A DNA stretch of 64,000 nucleotides from an uncultured delta proteobacterium (GTDB lineage: Bacteria > Desulfobacterota > Binatia > UBA9968): contig CAVYTU010000015.1 in assembly GCA_963771465.1 (NCBI GenBank), positions 1,201,357-1,265,356 of the forward strand. The letters are read 5' to 3'. Shown here in pieces: positions 38,958 through 51,500 of the stretch. A program made the position numbers and the translations under genes. A model generated the notes under the pieces. It made no database searches. It was not told the DNA's origin and worked only from the letters and a program-made list of their open reading frames with translations. How positions within the stretch are numbered: position 1 is the stretch's first letter; the number at the start of each line of letters is the position of its first letter.

Positions 38958-40724
38958 TCAGGGTCCATTCGCAAGAACGTCGAAACGAAGGCCACTCGAT
39001 CCTTCGCCCCGGCCAATCTGTTTACGCCGTCCGATCCATACATGCGTCGAGCCGTCGAACCACCTGGTGTATTGGTAGTTTCGTGTGATACGCACGCCTT
39101 CGCGCGGCACTTCTTCTTCGTACATCTCCAGCGCTCGACCAGGATCAGGCGTCAAGATAAGGCCCTTTGCGGTGACCGGCTCCGGAGAGCCATCTGTTTT
39201 GAGCACGGCACCACGTTTCAGACGCAGCCCTTCTCCCACACGTGCCGGCACGAGCGGGATCCAGTAATCAGGGATTTCCGTCGAAAGACGATAGCGCAGC
39301 GGTCCGGCTGCCGATGCAGCCTTATCCGCGGTTCTCAGTTCATTCCGCCGTTTCTTTTCCAAGTAGGTTTCAAATCGACTGAGTGGCCGCTCGGCGGGGC
39401 TTTCGATCAGCCGCTCAACCGCCCACGCCAGATTGGCCATTTCGTCACGCAAGAGCAGCACCTCTTCAATGGGCCGGCTCTCCATACTCTTGAGGAGCGA
39501 TGGCGGCAGGAAAAACAGATTCATTGCCGGCTTTGTGATTCCGCTCTCCCGCGTGTAAGAATGCTGGAACATTCGCCACGTGGAGTGGGGCTCGCCCAAT
39601 TCGCTCGAGGACTTTATCAATGTACGATCACCGAATGTATTGGTGATGATTAAGGAACGGGTCCGGTAGACAAATCCCACGTCCAGGTCAATAGGTACGA
39701 CAAACCAGTCATTGCCGTAATCCAGTGCAAATTCGACCAGCAGCATGCGCGCCAAGTCGGTCGGCCCGGCGTCCACCGAGCCGAAATCCACCTGGGCGTC
39801 TTCAAATTCCCAGAACCGCGCCGCCGGCATGCCGCGAAAGCTGACGGGTGCCGGAATGACCGAGTGCGTAATTTCCCTCGAAGGATTGTCCGTCCCGGCT
39901 CCGAGGCTCACCTCAGGATTGGCATCGAAGCTGTACCAGTCCAGATGACCGTCAAAATATTCCTGCGCGGTCAGTGTGCACTCGCCGTCGCTGAGCCGAG
40001 TTGCCACCGAAAACGCATACTCCATGCGCTCCGGCAACCACGATGAATTGTTTACATCGGGCTCGCTGAAAAGTGTCTCATACCATTGCAGCCAGAGCCG
40101 CGCGGCCTTTTCGACTTCCGCCAAATCGGGCGAAGCAATATGCAGAACGGGGGCGATGGCAATTCCGCCCGCGTCCGCCGAACGGAAGGCGGCATAAAGC
40201 CGCCGACCGTCCGGGACGCGTGATGCCATCAGATCAAAGAAGCCGAGGCTGTCGCGATCAAGGGTGGCGCGTTGCTCCACCGTCAATGTCGGAAATGGAT
40301 ATTCGGCGATGAACGCCTCGCGGTAATCACGCGACAGCGGCTGCAGTTCGAGCATGCGTAAGAACTGCTGGCCCGCATCCGCGGCCAGCCTTAGCTTTTC
40401 CTGCTGCGCTGTTTGATCTGCTGCCGAACGAACTGGTTCTCGCTCCACCAGAGTTTCGAGTGGCATGCGGCTGCCGTCATAGTTCGGAGCGTCGACTCTG
40501 GTGGTTGGCGGAATGGCTCCCGAATGATACCGGGTCAGCGGCGCCGATTCGGCGCGCCAACGTGCCATCACCGGCGAGCCGTTGTCTTCTCCCTGGAACT
40601 CTCCGAACTGCCATTGTCGCGCCAACAGCCAGAGAGGATCGTAGATCCTCGCTTGCAAACTGGTATTCATCTCGGCATCGCGGCTGCGCGGCTCGAGCCG
40701 CATCCAACTGGTGATCGATGGCAT
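38958..40724 (-). CDS. Uncharacterised 588-aa protein, last gene of the large-protein operon
   Basis: Intact; W.RLEPR, ARIYDPLWLLARQWQFGEFQGED, GMP..RFWEFED, RDEMAN.AW, EEEVPREG, SSGLRFD. Confidence 0.9.
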   Translation of the reverse strand: MPSITSWMRLEPRSRDAEMNTSLQARIYDPLWLLARQWQFGEFQGEDNGSPVMARWRAESAPLTRYHSGAIPPTTRVDAPNYDGSRMPLETLVEREPVRSAADQTAQQEKLRLAADAGQQFLRMLELQPLSRDYREAFIAEYPFPTLTVEQRATLDRDSLGFFDLMASRVPDGRRLYAAFRSADAGGIAIAPVLHIASPDLAEVEKAARLWLQWYETLFSEPDVNNSSWLPERMEYAFSVATRLSDGECTLTAQEYFDGHLDWYSFDANPEVSLGAGTDNPSREITHSVIPAPVSFRGMPAARFWEFEDAQVDFGSVDAGPTDLARMLLVEFALDYGNDWFVVPIDLDVGFVYRTRSLIITNTFGDRTLIKSSSELGEPHSTWRMFQHSYTRESGITKPAMNLFFLPPSLLKSMESRPIEEVLLLRDEMANLAWAVERLIESPAERPLSRFETYLEKKRRNELRTADKAASAAGPLRYRLSTEIPDYWIPLVPARVGEGLRLKRGAVLKTDGSPEPVTAKGLILTPDPGRALEMYEEEVPREGVRITRNYQYTRWFDGSTHVWIGRRKQIGRGEGSSGLRFDVLANGP

Positions 40725-40732
40725 TATTCCCT

Positions 40733-43700
40733 CTACTTGATCGGTGTGAAATCAGTGGAAACGGTATGGCCGGACGTGTTGCAAGCAAAATACAAAGCCG
40801 GCAGGTAATGCCCGACTTCATCCAGCGCGTCGGGGTCGACGGCGCGAATTCTTGCCAGATCGAGAGTTTCCAGCAGCACCTGTTGCAGCGACCAGACCGT
40901 CCAAGGCAAATCGACCTGCGGCGGCACGGCGACCAGAATCGTTTGAGGTGGGGCGGCGTTCGGTTGATCGTACTGAAACGAGATGCCGGTAGTCTCTTTC
41001 GCACCCGGCACGACTTCCACCCATTCGTCGATGAGCAGCCCGGCCAGCGGCCGGCGCACGTCAACCGGCGCGGCGGATTGCACGGCGAGGGAAAGTTTTC
41101 CGCCCGCCATGCTCATCCCGGCTTGGAGTGGTAAGCCGACCCAGCGATCATTGGCGTTGTACGGAAGCTGCGCGATGGTCAATTTGAGTTTTTCTCCAGT
41201 CTTGAGCGCTTCGGAATAACTAAGCACGGCATGGAGCCGTGCTACGCCTTCGCGCACGCGCGCCATTCGTTGGAACCAGGTGGTAGAAACAAGCGGATCG
41301 CCACCTTGTATCTTCGCGCTGTCGGCAAGCGCTTGCTCGAGTTCAGCGCCATTCACCGAAGTGAAACGAGGCAGTACAACAAACATTTTGCCAAAGACAA
41401 GGCGCAGCCGCGCCATAGCGTGATCGCGCCGCTGTTCAACCGTCGCCGCATTAGGGTTAGGATCGGTGGGGAGCACCGTCAGTTGCGCGACCCGTTGCGC
41501 CAACTCTTTTTGGATCGAGCCCGCCTGCGTGAGCAGTATGTGGCGCTCCGCTGGAGAATCGCCACCAGCGGAAAGCGGCACGGCGCCGGCCACGCCGAAG
41601 CCAGCGGAACGCGCAATCAATTCCCGCAATGCCTCCGGGTTAGCCGTGTTCGGCGCGCTAAATTGTTGGAAGTCGTTGGTCGTCCGGCGCAGCGACTCCT
41701 CGGCGTTGGCCGCACGAGTTTCTAACTCGACAACGTCCAAGCCGGAATCCGCGCTTCGCTCCGGCAAGTTCAAATCGTCAGCGTCAATTCCGCGCGCGCC
41801 GGTAATCAGTTTGCGCGCTGTCCGCAACAACTCGCTGAACTCTCCGTATCCCAACTCACCGGCCGACCATTCCGGTTTGCGGTCGGTATTAACGCGCAGC
41901 AGCGAACCGGGCGCGAAGGCGTTCGGCTGTCGCATGATCGTATAGAAGATGCGTTGTTCGATCTCCGCCTGCTGCCCGCCTTCTCCGCCTTCAACGGCAT
42001 AAATGAAATCGAGCGGCGCAAGGCGCAGTTCGTTAAGGCGGATCTCTTTCGTCTCCAAAACCTGTCCGGTCGTCGGTTCAATCCGCTCAACCGCGCAGCG
42101 CACACTCGCTGGATTACCGAGCAGTTTGGCCGCCCAAGCGTTCAATTGCGGCTCGGCGTTGGCGCGAAAAGATTCCTGGGATGACGCCCATTCGAACGGG
42201 AGCTGCGGATCACCGCTGAACAAGGTTACTAGCCGATGCGTCAGTGCGATGCCGGTGCGCGGCGTCCGTGCGACTTCAAGTTCGGGCGGCGGCGTTTCGC
42301 CGCCCGCGATGGATTCCACCGTCATGGCGGCGCGCACCGGATTTCCGCTCACGACCTGATACATGCTTTCGGCCATCAGCGCATCGCTGACGGCGTCGAC
42401 GGAATCGGCCAGTCCGTCCAGCTCAGTTTCCAAAACGGATTTTGCGTTTTCCAGTTCAGGCTGCGGTGGCCTTTTCTGAAGCGGGTTAAAAAGCTCCTTG
42501 AGCGCGTCAGTACCCTTGCGCACAGCCAACCAGCGACGCTGCAGCTCAAGGCCATCCACGACGTTGTTGGCGGCGATGGCTTCGACCGGTTGATCGGTTT
42601 GCTCGAGCTTTCGCGCCACTAGAGGTGCCAGTTCGCGGAAAAACGAAATGAATTGCGGCTTTTTAGCTTCCTGCAAACGGCGCTCGAATCGGTAACCCAG
42701 CAACGCGCCCAGCGGCTGCCCTTGTCTAACGCCGTCGAGCAGCCAGGTCGCTAACCGCAGACGCTCCGACGACAGATCGATGGCTAGCAGGTCATTCGGC
42801 ATTTGATTGCCGGCGTGAGCAAGATGACCGCTCCGCAGCACGGCCGCCGTCGTGGCTTGCGCCAGCGATGGCGCGTGAATGAATCCGGGATTGTTCGCCA
42901 ACTGAAATACCGGTTCGGATTCTCCGGCCGTCGGGGCGACGATTGGGATTGTTGCGGCCGCGGGCTGCAGATTCATCACCCAGCCGTAGCCGCCGAACAG
43001 CACGCCGGCCGGATTCATCTTGCGCATCTCGGCCAATCGCTTGGTCGCAAACGAAGTGATCCACGCATCGAGCCGGTAGGAGCACAGATCGAGCGTGCCA
43101 GTCATCAACTGTTCAAGTCTGGCGGAATCGAGCGACTTCAGGTGCGCCAGGCTGGTGCGGAATTCGCTCAGCACTTTAAGTTCGGGTTCCTGGCCGACGT
43201 CGGGTTCGCCGGAGGGCGTAAAGCCGAGCAGATATTTTCCGAGCTCCATTGGATCCTGAACGCCCTGCACGGTGATCTTCGTCGCCATCTGCCGCCAGAC
43301 GGTTTGCATCAATTGTCCCAGGGGTAGATCCACCAGCTCCGGCTCGCGGCGCAGCGAGGATTGCAGCAATCCTCGCTGAATCAGCAGCCGCGAGGCGGCA
43401 GCCGCGTATTCGAGCAGCATCGAATGGCGGAGCAGCAGGTACAGAAGCGTGCGCGGCGGCGGTTGTAGAATTGTTTCGTGACGAATCGCGTCGAGGTCTT
43501 GCGCGGCGAGCAGCGCTTCGATGTAGTTCGGGGTGAGCGGCGAATTTTCCGCCACCTGCCCTGCTTGCACCAACCCTCCTGTGAGGTTCGCGACGCGCGG
43601 CGCAAACACGCCATGCGCTAGCCGCGGTGTCCAAGTCACACCCAGCTTTTGCAACAAGGCAACAGTGCGCTGGTCGTGTATGGCCGACCAGGCGGATCCA

Positions 43701-45451
43701 GAGGCCCGCTTGGCAGTGATCATAGCGAGCCTTTGCCGGCGTGCCTCTATTAACCCGACCCATCGCTGATGCGCCCGTGTGAAAGCGAGCCTTTCCTGCT
43801 GCCGGGCGCGGATCCAAGCGATCCTTTCCTGCGGAGACAAGTCCGGCGGAGGCTCCTCGTCCTCCGGAGCCTGCGGCTCCGGAGGTGGCTCGTCGACAAC
43901 GGCGCCCCAGACATCCAAAAAAAATTCGGCGCTCAAAAACACCCATAGGTGTTCCAGATAGTGGCGGCCCATCAAGTTTCGAATCGAGTAGCTAGACGAC
44001 CGTCCGTCCATGCTCAGGACCTCGGCCAAGTCTTTGTCGATGCCTTTTTCCTGATCGAAATCCTCACTCCGGCCGAGGCGCGGCACTTCCGGAAAATTAC
44101 GCCGCCATAGATCGCGTAGACGGATTAGAAAATCCCGCAGCGCGACGTCGCGCGCGAATTGGTTCTGTTGATCGGCCGGCGCCTGCCAGGCGTTGAGCGA
44201 GGTCACGGGAAGAATGCCATAGGGCTGCTTGCCGATGCGCAATGCCGGCAGCGGCCCGCTCGCGCGCACGTAATCGATGAAATGGCTGCGCGCCCAGGCG
44301 ATGTCATCGTCGCTGAGCGGGCTTTCATTGTCTGCGCCGATACCGAGCATCTGCAACAGGAAGTAGCCCCACGTCGCCTGCCATAAAGCCGTGTTCATGT
44401 GGCGCGCGTCGAGCTGCTCCTTGGTCATCGCATTGGGAAGGTTGGCAAAAACCTGACCGGCATTCGGCAATCCCAATGCTTTTGTCAGCACATCGGCATT
44501 CGAGCCATCGCCGGGTTGAAACGCCGGAGCAGCGCGTTCGGCGAGATAGCTCGCTTCATGGCCGGGATCTCTGGAGCTGAAGCCGGAAGGCGCATCCGCC
44601 GTGTTATTGGAAGGTGTGCCTTCCGGCACGAAACTTAACCCATCGGTGTAATGGTGCGCGTCGAGCAATTCCGCCAGATGCGGCGTCCAATCTGTCGTCC
44701 GGTCGAGCGAATCTTTGATGCCCATCACCAAAACAAAATCCAATCCCGCCGCGGCATCCTCTCTTGTCAGTTTTGCGCGAATCCCCATGCCGACGTTTTC
44801 CGCCGCGTCGAAATCCACCATCCACTTCATGCCGGCATCGATCCCGAGTGGGTCAACGTTGGCCGACGGCGAAGGATCCGGACCGGTCGCCAGCGTGTCC
44901 GAAATCAATCCTCCTTTGACGTTCACGACCAGCCGGCCGTTTTTGTAACCCAGCACGATCCACTGATTCGGCAATACGCGCGCCGCCGGTGCGCGCGTCC
45001 ACGACTCGCTATTGGTCGCAGGAGACGGAAAGCGCGGCGGTTTCGGCAGCGGCTGATCGACGGCGATCGGATCCGACGGGCGGTCTTCGGGATTCAGCGG
45101 TTTGAGCGCGCGCGCGATCCACGCCGCGCGCGGCGGATCGAAACGGTCGGCCAACTGGCGCCAGGCGGTTTTTCCGCGTTCTTCGTCGTTCGCCGCGCGC
45201 CACGTCTGTTCCCAGAAATGCCGCCCCCAGGCAAGCTCGTCGGCGGTCAGCTCGGGCTCGTGGGTATCGATATGCACCATATCGGGGTAGACGCGCACGC
45301 GCAGCTCGGAACTGCCGTCGACCAGAGTAAAGAACCGCGTTTCCAACCGCACCGGGAACAACACGAGTGGACGCGCTGGACCAAACGATAGCTGCATCGC
45401 GACTTCGGGCGTGTTGGGAATGTTTGGAATGTCAGGATTAGGAGTACGCAT
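40733..45451 (-). CDS. Uncharacterised 1572-aa protein
   Basis: Intact; [67 protein letters not shown]. Confidence 0.92.
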   Translation of the reverse strand: MRTPNPDIPNIPNTPEVAMQLSFGPARPLVLFPVRLETRFFTLVDGSSELRVRVYPDMVHIDTHEPELTADELAWGRHFWEQTWRAANDEERGKTAWRQLADRFDPPRAAWIARALKPLNPEDRPSDPIAVDQPLPKPPRFPSPATNSESWTRAPAARVLPNQWIVLGYKNGRLVVNVKGGLISDTLATGPDPSPSANVDPLGIDAGMKWMVDFDAAENVGMGIRAKLTREDAAAGLDFVLVMGIKDSLDRTTDWTPHLAELLDAHHYTDGLSFVPEGTPSNNTADAPSGFSSRDPGHEASYLAERAAPAFQPGDGSNADVLTKALGLPNAGQVFANLPNAMTKEQLDARHMNTALWQATWGYFLLQMLGIGADNESPLSDDDIAWARSHFIDYVRASGPLPALRIGKQPYGILPVTSLNAWQAPADQQNQFARDVALRDFLIRLRDLWRRNFPEVPRLGRSEDFDQEKGIDKDLAEVLSMDGRSSSYSIRNLMGRHYLEHLWVFLSAEFFLDVWGAVVDEPPPEPQAPEDEEPPPDLSPQERIAWIRARQQERLAFTRAHQRWVGLIEARRQRLAMITAKRASGSAWSAIHDQRTVALLQKLGVTWTPRLAHGVFAPRVANLTGGLVQAGQVAENSPLTPNYIEALLAAQDLDAIRHETILQPPPRTLLYLLLRHSMLLEYAAAASRLLIQRGLLQSSLRREPELVDLPLGQLMQTVWRQMATKITVQGVQDPMELGKYLLGFTPSGEPDVGQEPELKVLSEFRTSLAHLKSLDSARLEQLMTGTLDLCSYRLDAWITSFATKRLAEMRKMNPAGVLFGGYGWVMNLQPAAATIPIVAPTAGESEPVFQLANNPGFIHAPSLAQATTAAVLRSGHLAHAGNQMPNDLLAIDLSSERLRLATWLLDGVRQGQPLGALLGYRFERRLQEAKKPQFISFFRELAPLVARKLEQTDQPVEAIAANNVVDGLELQRRWLAVRKGTDALKELFNPLQKRPPQPELENAKSVLETELDGLADSVDAVSDALMAESMYQVVSGNPVRAAMTVESIAGGETPPPELEVARTPRTGIALTHRLVTLFSGDPQLPFEWASSQESFRANAEPQLNAWAAKLLGNPASVRCAVERIEPTTGQVLETKEIRLNELRLAPLDFIYAVEGGEGGQQAEIEQRIFYTIMRQPNAFAPGSLLRVNTDRKPEWSAGELGYGEFSELLRTARKLITGARGIDADDLNLPERSADSGLDVVELETRAANAEESLRRTTNDFQQFSAPNTANPEALRELIARSAGFGVAGAVPLSAGGDSPAERHILLTQAGSIQKELAQRVAQLTVLPTDPNPNAATVEQRRDHAMARLRLVFGKMFVVLPRFTSVNGAELEQALADSAKIQGGDPLVSTTWFQRMARVREGVARLHAVLSYSEALKTGEKLKLTIAQLPYNANDRWVGLPLQAGMSMAGGKLSLAVQSAAPVDVRRPLAGLLIDEWVEVVPGAKETTGISFQYDQPNAAPPQTILVAVPPQVDLPWTVWSLQQVLLETLDLARIRAVDPDALDEVGHYLPALYFACNTSGHTVSTDFTPIK

Positions 45452-45454
45452 GAA

Positions 45455-48298
45455 TCACGTCGAGCCTTGTTTGATCATTTCTTTCGCATGAATCGCGATG
45501 CGCACAGGGCGCTGCAGCGTGATGTAAGCCTGGTGCGCGGAGTTTTTGCCCCACTTCGCCTTGTCCACAACGTCCGGCAGCGTCGTTTTGGTCGAGGCGT
45601 GCGAGAGAGCCTTCAATTCGGCTTCGGTATTAGCGAGGTGCCGCCAGCTTAGATCATTCCAGGTCTCTAAGTCAGGCAGCGGCTTCGCGAAGTTCGCAAC
45701 GTCCATCCCGAAGCGCGGCTCGGTTGGCTGTTCCTGTATGACGAAGAACCAGCCGGGGTCGGCGATGGCTTCTTTCTCGGTCAACGCAAAACCCAGAAAC
45801 GTGACGTCGGGTTTCAGCGTGCCGCGAAAGATCGGATGGCTTTCCACGGCCGGGGCGGACAGCTCAAGCTGATCTTGTTCTCGCTTCGCCGCCACAGCAT
45901 AGATCACCGAGTTCGGATACCGTCGCAGCAGCTCGCCGCGAATGAGCAGCACCAATTGTTCGCCCGCGCCGGCATTCTCGCCGAGCTTGCGGTCGGGCCA
46001 TTGGTTAATCCTATCGATGTCCGGTTGATCACTGCCGGCCGATGTATCCCAGAACTGACGAAAATACGTGCCGCGCTGATCGGTCGGATAATTGCGCCAG
46101 AGCAGTTCACGGCTCATTTCAGCGTTGAGTCCGACCAGGAACGATTCGACGAATTTTGGGTTGGTCTCAAGCAAGGTGACGGTGTTCGCCGGCACCTTCT
46201 CCAAACCGGGAAACAGAAAATCCTGCGAGAGGTCGCGTAGCGCTTCGTACATCGGTTGCGGGAAGTCCGGCGCATCGAGGATCGGCTCGAGCGGATCGGC
46301 GCGCGACTCCGTCCCGCCGGCTATGATCAGCGAAGCTTGCACCCGCGCGCTGATTGTCTTCTCGGGGTCGACGCTTTGCAGCAGCTGCGCTTTGGTAGCG
46401 AGGAGATTCATCCGAACCAACGCCGTGGAAGTCGCCGTAGACATGAATGTTTTCTCCAGGTAAGCCTGATGCTCTTTCGCCACATTGCGAAACGCCTGCG
46501 CGTCAGCGCTATTGGCCGGCAGTCCCGGCGTGAAGTCCAGCAGCGTGCGCAGCGGCGCATCCTCGGGAACAATTTTAAAATCGCCCAGCGGCGGCGTGGT
46601 TTCGAGCGCGTTGGTCGCATTCTCGAAGCGAACGGTTTGCTTTATCTGCCCGGCGAACGTCCCGCTTTGATTATCCGAAACCTGGTTGAGCGTCACCAAA
46701 CCGGCTTCCTTCTTCTCCAACGGGACAATGGATGTCGTGTTCAACTTGGCAACAATGGCAATGGGCGCCGCGCTGTCGTTCCGGAAGCGGCTGCTGATGA
46801 CGCCGCGCGGACTCGTCAGCCGGCGCAATGGCGCTGAAATGGCTCTGGCCGGAATGGTGGATTGTGCAATCCTTTGCGACAACAACATGCGCGTGTTGTC
46901 GCTGCTGGAATCGATGACGACGCGCGATTGCGCCGAACCAATGACTTTCAACAGTGTCTCCTCGGAGAATTGCCTGAAGTGTCTGGAATGGTAAACCGCA
47001 TTGACGGCGCGGCCGAGCTGGGCCAGACGCTGCATTTGATTGATCCGCTCGATTTCGCCGAGCTGTTCCCACGCCGAGGCCATCAGCGGCTCTTGTTGAG
47101 TTTGCACGACTGCTGTGCCGAGCGCGGCGATGGCTCGGTGGCGAGGATCGAGATTGAGTTCATCCAGCCAAGTCACCGATGCAGGCGGCGCGGGAGTCAT
47201 GTCTACCGTTTGCCGCGCTGCCTGCCAACAGCCGTAGATCGGCGGCGCGAGCAGCGGGTCTGCGCCCTCCTCAGAGATAGCCTGCGCCGGAGCATCGAGA
47301 ATCTTTTTGAGCTCGCCCTGGAAGAGTGTTCGAATCTCTTCCGACCATTCGGTAGTTGTGGCTTCCAAGCGACACAACGCCCCTTTAAGATCGAGCACGG
47401 TTTCCGATGGCAACGGGGGCGTGGTGCTGAATCCGGGTTGACCGACGTCCATCTGCCGCTTGCCCACTTCCGTCGGCAGGTCGCGTGAATCACGCGCTTC
47501 GAGCGATTCCACCAGCGCTTCGAAATCACCGCCCGTACCGGTGCGAAACTCCCAGTGGAAATAGATGGGCAACGTGACGGGAGATTGCTGTGCCACCATC
47601 CAGGCCGGTTTCAATTCGTTTTCGTCCTCGGGTTGAACCTGTAAACCAAGGCCCGCTTTGCGTCCCGGTTCGAACGCAGGCACCACACAGGCCAGATATT
47701 CCGTCAGCGGATCGAGCCGGCGCGGACACAACAACCGCGACACCGTCAGCGCAGAGTCGCCCGCCAACGATTGTTTCAGCGAATCGGCATTCCGTTGGAC
47801 ACCGGCGACCTGCGCGTGTACCCAGGCCCAAGAATCCGTTAAATCCGGCAATTCATGCTCTGCCCGCGCGGAATCTATTTCGAGCACAGGAAGCAAAGGG
47901 CCGGTGCGCAACGTAACACCGTCCTGTTTGCGCACAACCACCAGGCAGAGCCATGGGCGTAACTTGCCGTCGGCATTGGCCTGCGCCGGCGTGAAAAGCC
48001 AAGGGAAATCCGGGCGATCAAATTCAATCGCCGGAAAATAGTTCGGCTCGAAATCCGTGGCCTGATGGCGCGGATCCGTGCGTACCACCTGTTGCGGATC
48101 GATGCCGGTAACATCGCCGGGGCCATACAGACGCACCTGCCGGTCGATGTCATCGGTGTTGTTGATGCGCAGTTTGACGGGCACTGAAACGATTCCGGCT
48201 TGATTTGCGCCCAAGCTGTCGGGAGTCTGAATGCCGGATGCAGCCCCCTGCCGCACCCAAGGCAGGAACACATAATTTGCGGACGTTGGTTCAGCCAT
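45455..48298 (-). CDS. Uncharacterised 947-aa protein
   Basis: Intact; LPWVRQG, GPGDV.G, FEPNY, DFPWLFTP, W.F.TG..GDFE.L, LN.DPR.R, LWR.YPTDQRGTYFRQFWD. Confidence 0.92.
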   Translation of the reverse strand: MAEPTSANYVFLPWVRQGAASGIQTPDSLGANQAGIVSVPVKLRINNTDDIDRQVRLYGPGDVTGIDPQQVVRTDPRHQATDFEPNYFPAIEFDRPDFPWLFTPAQANADGKLRPWLCLVVVRKQDGVTLRTGPLLPVLEIDSARAEHELPDLTDSWAWVHAQVAGVQRNADSLKQSLAGDSALTVSRLLCPRRLDPLTEYLACVVPAFEPGRKAGLGLQVQPEDENELKPAWMVAQQSPVTLPIYFHWEFRTGTGGDFEALVESLEARDSRDLPTEVGKRQMDVGQPGFSTTPPLPSETVLDLKGALCRLEATTTEWSEEIRTLFQGELKKILDAPAQAISEEGADPLLAPPIYGCWQAARQTVDMTPAPPASVTWLDELNLDPRHRAIAALGTAVVQTQQEPLMASAWEQLGEIERINQMQRLAQLGRAVNAVYHSRHFRQFSEETLLKVIGSAQSRVVIDSSSDNTRMLLSQRIAQSTIPARAISAPLRRLTSPRGVISSRFRNDSAAPIAIVAKLNTTSIVPLEKKEAGLVTLNQVSDNQSGTFAGQIKQTVRFENATNALETTPPLGDFKIVPEDAPLRTLLDFTPGLPANSADAQAFRNVAKEHQAYLEKTFMSTATSTALVRMNLLATKAQLLQSVDPEKTISARVQASLIIAGGTESRADPLEPILDAPDFPQPMYEALRDLSQDFLFPGLEKVPANTVTLLETNPKFVESFLVGLNAEMSRELLWRNYPTDQRGTYFRQFWDTSAGSDQPDIDRINQWPDRKLGENAGAGEQLVLLIRGELLRRYPNSVIYAVAAKREQDQLELSAPAVESHPIFRGTLKPDVTFLGFALTEKEAIADPGWFFVIQEQPTEPRFGMDVANFAKPLPDLETWNDLSWRHLANTEAELKALSHASTKTTLPDVVDKAKWGKNSAHQAYITLQRPVRIAIHAKEMIKQGST

Positions 48299-48410
48299 GA
48301 CGACCTTCCCTACGAGACGTTATCGCTCTAATGATTCCAAAAGCTCCAACCGTTCCGATGCCCTTTTTCATCCTCGTTGCGACAAGGCGCAATCGCAGAA
48401 AGCGCATAAA

Positions 48411-48496
48411 TGTCATTCTGATGGAGACAGCGAAGAATCTTGTCTCTCCTGCCGCTTACAAAGACGAGATCCTTCGGCGATTCGCCTCAAGATGAC
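48411..48496. repeat. REP/RPE-like palindromic element
   Basis: TGTCATTCTGA...CGAAGAATCT...AGATCCTTCG...TCAAGATGAC imperfect hairpin in the only long intergenic gap of the operon. Confidence 0.65.
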
Positions 48497-48569
48497 TTTA
48501 CGACACAGCCCCGTCGCGCAGGTGGAAAGAGGTGGGAGCTTGAACGGCATGACCGATTTGAACTCCATC

Positions 48570-51500
48570 TTAATTACCAATTTCCGAGAGTCTCATGATT
48601 TTTAGTCTGGCAGCTTTAACAGGGTCGAGCTGTTTCAGGTCTCTTAACGCCTGCACCGCTTCCGAATAGATCACCGGCTTGGCTTCTGTGATACCAGGCA
48701 CAGGTTCCACCGTTAAGTTATCGGTGGCCACGATGCTCCAACCTTCCTTGGCAATCCGGTGTTTTCCCACCACCGAACGATATTTGGCTTTGCCGCTGCG
48801 GCGAATCGCGGCCGCGCCGGCAGCACCGAAGCGCGCCTGCTTGCCAAAAAGTTCTGCGCTCAATTGATAGAGATTGTTCGGATCGCTGCGGCGCGATTCG
48901 TTTTTCTCTTTGTTCATGATTATCGTCTCGAATTTGATCGCTTCGACTTCAAGCCAATCGTTGTCGTCTTCGCTGAAACTAAACTCTTTTGAGCCCAGGC
49001 TTAGCCCCGCGGCCATCGGCTCAAAAGAGGGCCGGGAAAGTTTTTCGTCGTCGCTCATCTCGAAGAACTGCGCCGGGGCGAAAAACTCCTTGACCGGTTC
49101 AAGGGTCTGGCTGTCTCCGCCCAGGCTGACGCTGCTGATCGTGAAGCGGCGTGCTCCCGCGGGCGCGGCCTGGCCGAAGCGGGAAATATCGATGTCGAGC
49201 GGGACCACACTCTGTTTGACCGTCAGCGTACCAAGGGGATGGAGCAACACTTCGGTCGCGGCTCTCGGCTTTTCACGCAAGGTGACCATGGGACGCTGGC
49301 CGGCGGGAAGCTGGCCTACCCAGTTGCCGGGATTGCCCAACGCTTCTTTGAGTCGCGGCAACACGTCAACGGGTTCCGGCAGTGGCGGCTTTTCTCCTCC
49401 GACCAGCGTCTTGTCGACGCGGATCGAAACGTCCCACCACAGAATCTCAAACGTCGCTTTGGCTTTGACATGCAGCGGACGCGGGCCGGCGAGCGCGCCT
49501 TGGACTTTGACCTTGAATAGATTGCTCGAGCCGCGCTTGAGCTGGAGCTGGGCGTAGAACTCGGCGAGAAATTGAAAGGGGTCGAGCTGGATCAAGACAT
49601 CGAAGCCGATGCCGCCGTGAATGCTGAAGCCAGAGGCGGAGGCGTAGAGCTCAGCGCGGGCGCCGAATTGCACGGTGTTGGCCGTGAGCGCGAAATACGC
49701 TTCGCAGCGAATGCGCGGGTTGTCACCCGACGAAAGATTGATGGCGATGCGCCCAAGTTTGGGAAAATTCGCCGGCGGATTAAACGCCGGATGCAATCCG
49801 CCGATGGCGAGCGCGAAATTGGGCGAGCCTTCCCATTTCATGCGCATCGCCATGTCGCCGGTCAAAACGAATTTCTTGAGCAGCCGGGAATCGTAGAGCG
49901 TGGCGTCGAGGGCGGCCGTGCCTTGATCGAAATCGATCACGCCGATAGCGTCCATCTGTAGCCGCACCAAATCGTTTTCCCTTTTGGGCAAAATCGCTAC
50001 CACCTGGGCGAGAATCAAAAGCCGTAGCCGTGCGCCAAATTCCAAGACGACACCGAGATCGGCAGTGATCAGCGCCGGGGTGCCCCAGGAGATCTGCGCC
50101 ATCGGGCCAAACAGATGGTGGCCGTTGGCGGGCGGGAAAACTCTATTCAAGTTGCTTAAAATCTGCGGGGCGTTGCGGATCGGATCTTGGGGAAACATCA
50201 CGCTGTCGAGCGTGTGGTTCTTGAGCCCGGCACGCAGCGCGGCCTCGTCGAACGTGCGGTTGATCGCCAACAACCCGCCGATCCCCGTCAGCACAAAACC
50301 ATAGCCCAATTGGATCGGTGCAAAGTCTTCGGCCGTGATGATCACCATCAGCGAGTAGCCCTTGGCGCCGCCCGGCATCTTCGTCATCAACAAGCCTATC
50401 GCTTTGACTGCGAGCTTCTCGGCAATCTCCAGTTGCAATACCCCGCTATACTCTCCCTTCCCCGGATCAAAGCGAAGAAAACCCCCACCCACCACCACTG
50501 ATGCATCAATCGCCAGGCCCACGCCGGTGGGAGGCTTGAAATGGGGGTCCAGTCCAAGAATTCCCAGGTTCCCTTGACCGAACGAGACGTCAAGCTGCAC
50601 CCCCAATCGCTCGACGGTTATCGACAACGGTCCCAAATTAAGCGCGCCGGTTAAAGATGATTCGAGGCCAAGCCCATCGTCCGCGACGTTGAGCGTTAGG
50701 GTAACGCTCTTGAGTGCCAGGCGACCAACGCTCGCGTACACCGGCAAAGTGACCGTCACGCCGGAGCCGCCTTCAAAGTAAATTCCCCTGGCGCTTGTCC
50801 AGCCAATGCGTAGATCGAACGGTGCACCGACCTGCTCTTGCGTAATTGCGTCCTGCAAAAAGCCATCGGCGTCATCCAGTGAGAAGTCGAGGCGGCCACC
50901 CAACAAGGCTAACTCCAGAAAACTCACGCCGGGACGATCTGGCTGTTTGTCCATGCCGCCGGTTAGGGAAATCTGCTGCGCGCGCAATCCCGAGCCGCGA
51001 AAAAAATTCAAGAGCGTTTTCGGCGCGCCCTCCGGTGACCCGTGCCGGAAAGTCAAAGCGAACCGGCCCGTGATGGCCTCGCTCACGCCGCCACCAGCAC
51101 GAACTTGCAGATCTTCATTCGGCCGGAGGATCATGGCGAGCCGCTTCAATAAATCGCCGGCGGCCGAGATATCAATGAAAGTGTCGTCGAACCGGAAAAA
51201 GGGGATGCTCGCTTTCACTTCGCCGCGCACGATCGGCGCGAAACCCAGACCACCGTCGCTCGCACCCTCTGAAGTCGGGCGCGCGCCGAAAACCGAAAAG
51301 CCGAGCCGTAGCCCGGCGATGTTGCCGCGCTCTTCGTGGATAAAAGTAATGAGCTGCGGCATCGGTTCCGTTTCCGAAGGGGTTGTCTCCACCCATACTT
51401 CCTCGGCCCGCCGGTCCAGCGGCTGTATCCGGCTGCGTAGCCCCAGGGTCTGAAAGAGCTGGCTCAGACGCCGCAAGAAAATCATTACGGCGAATTGCGG

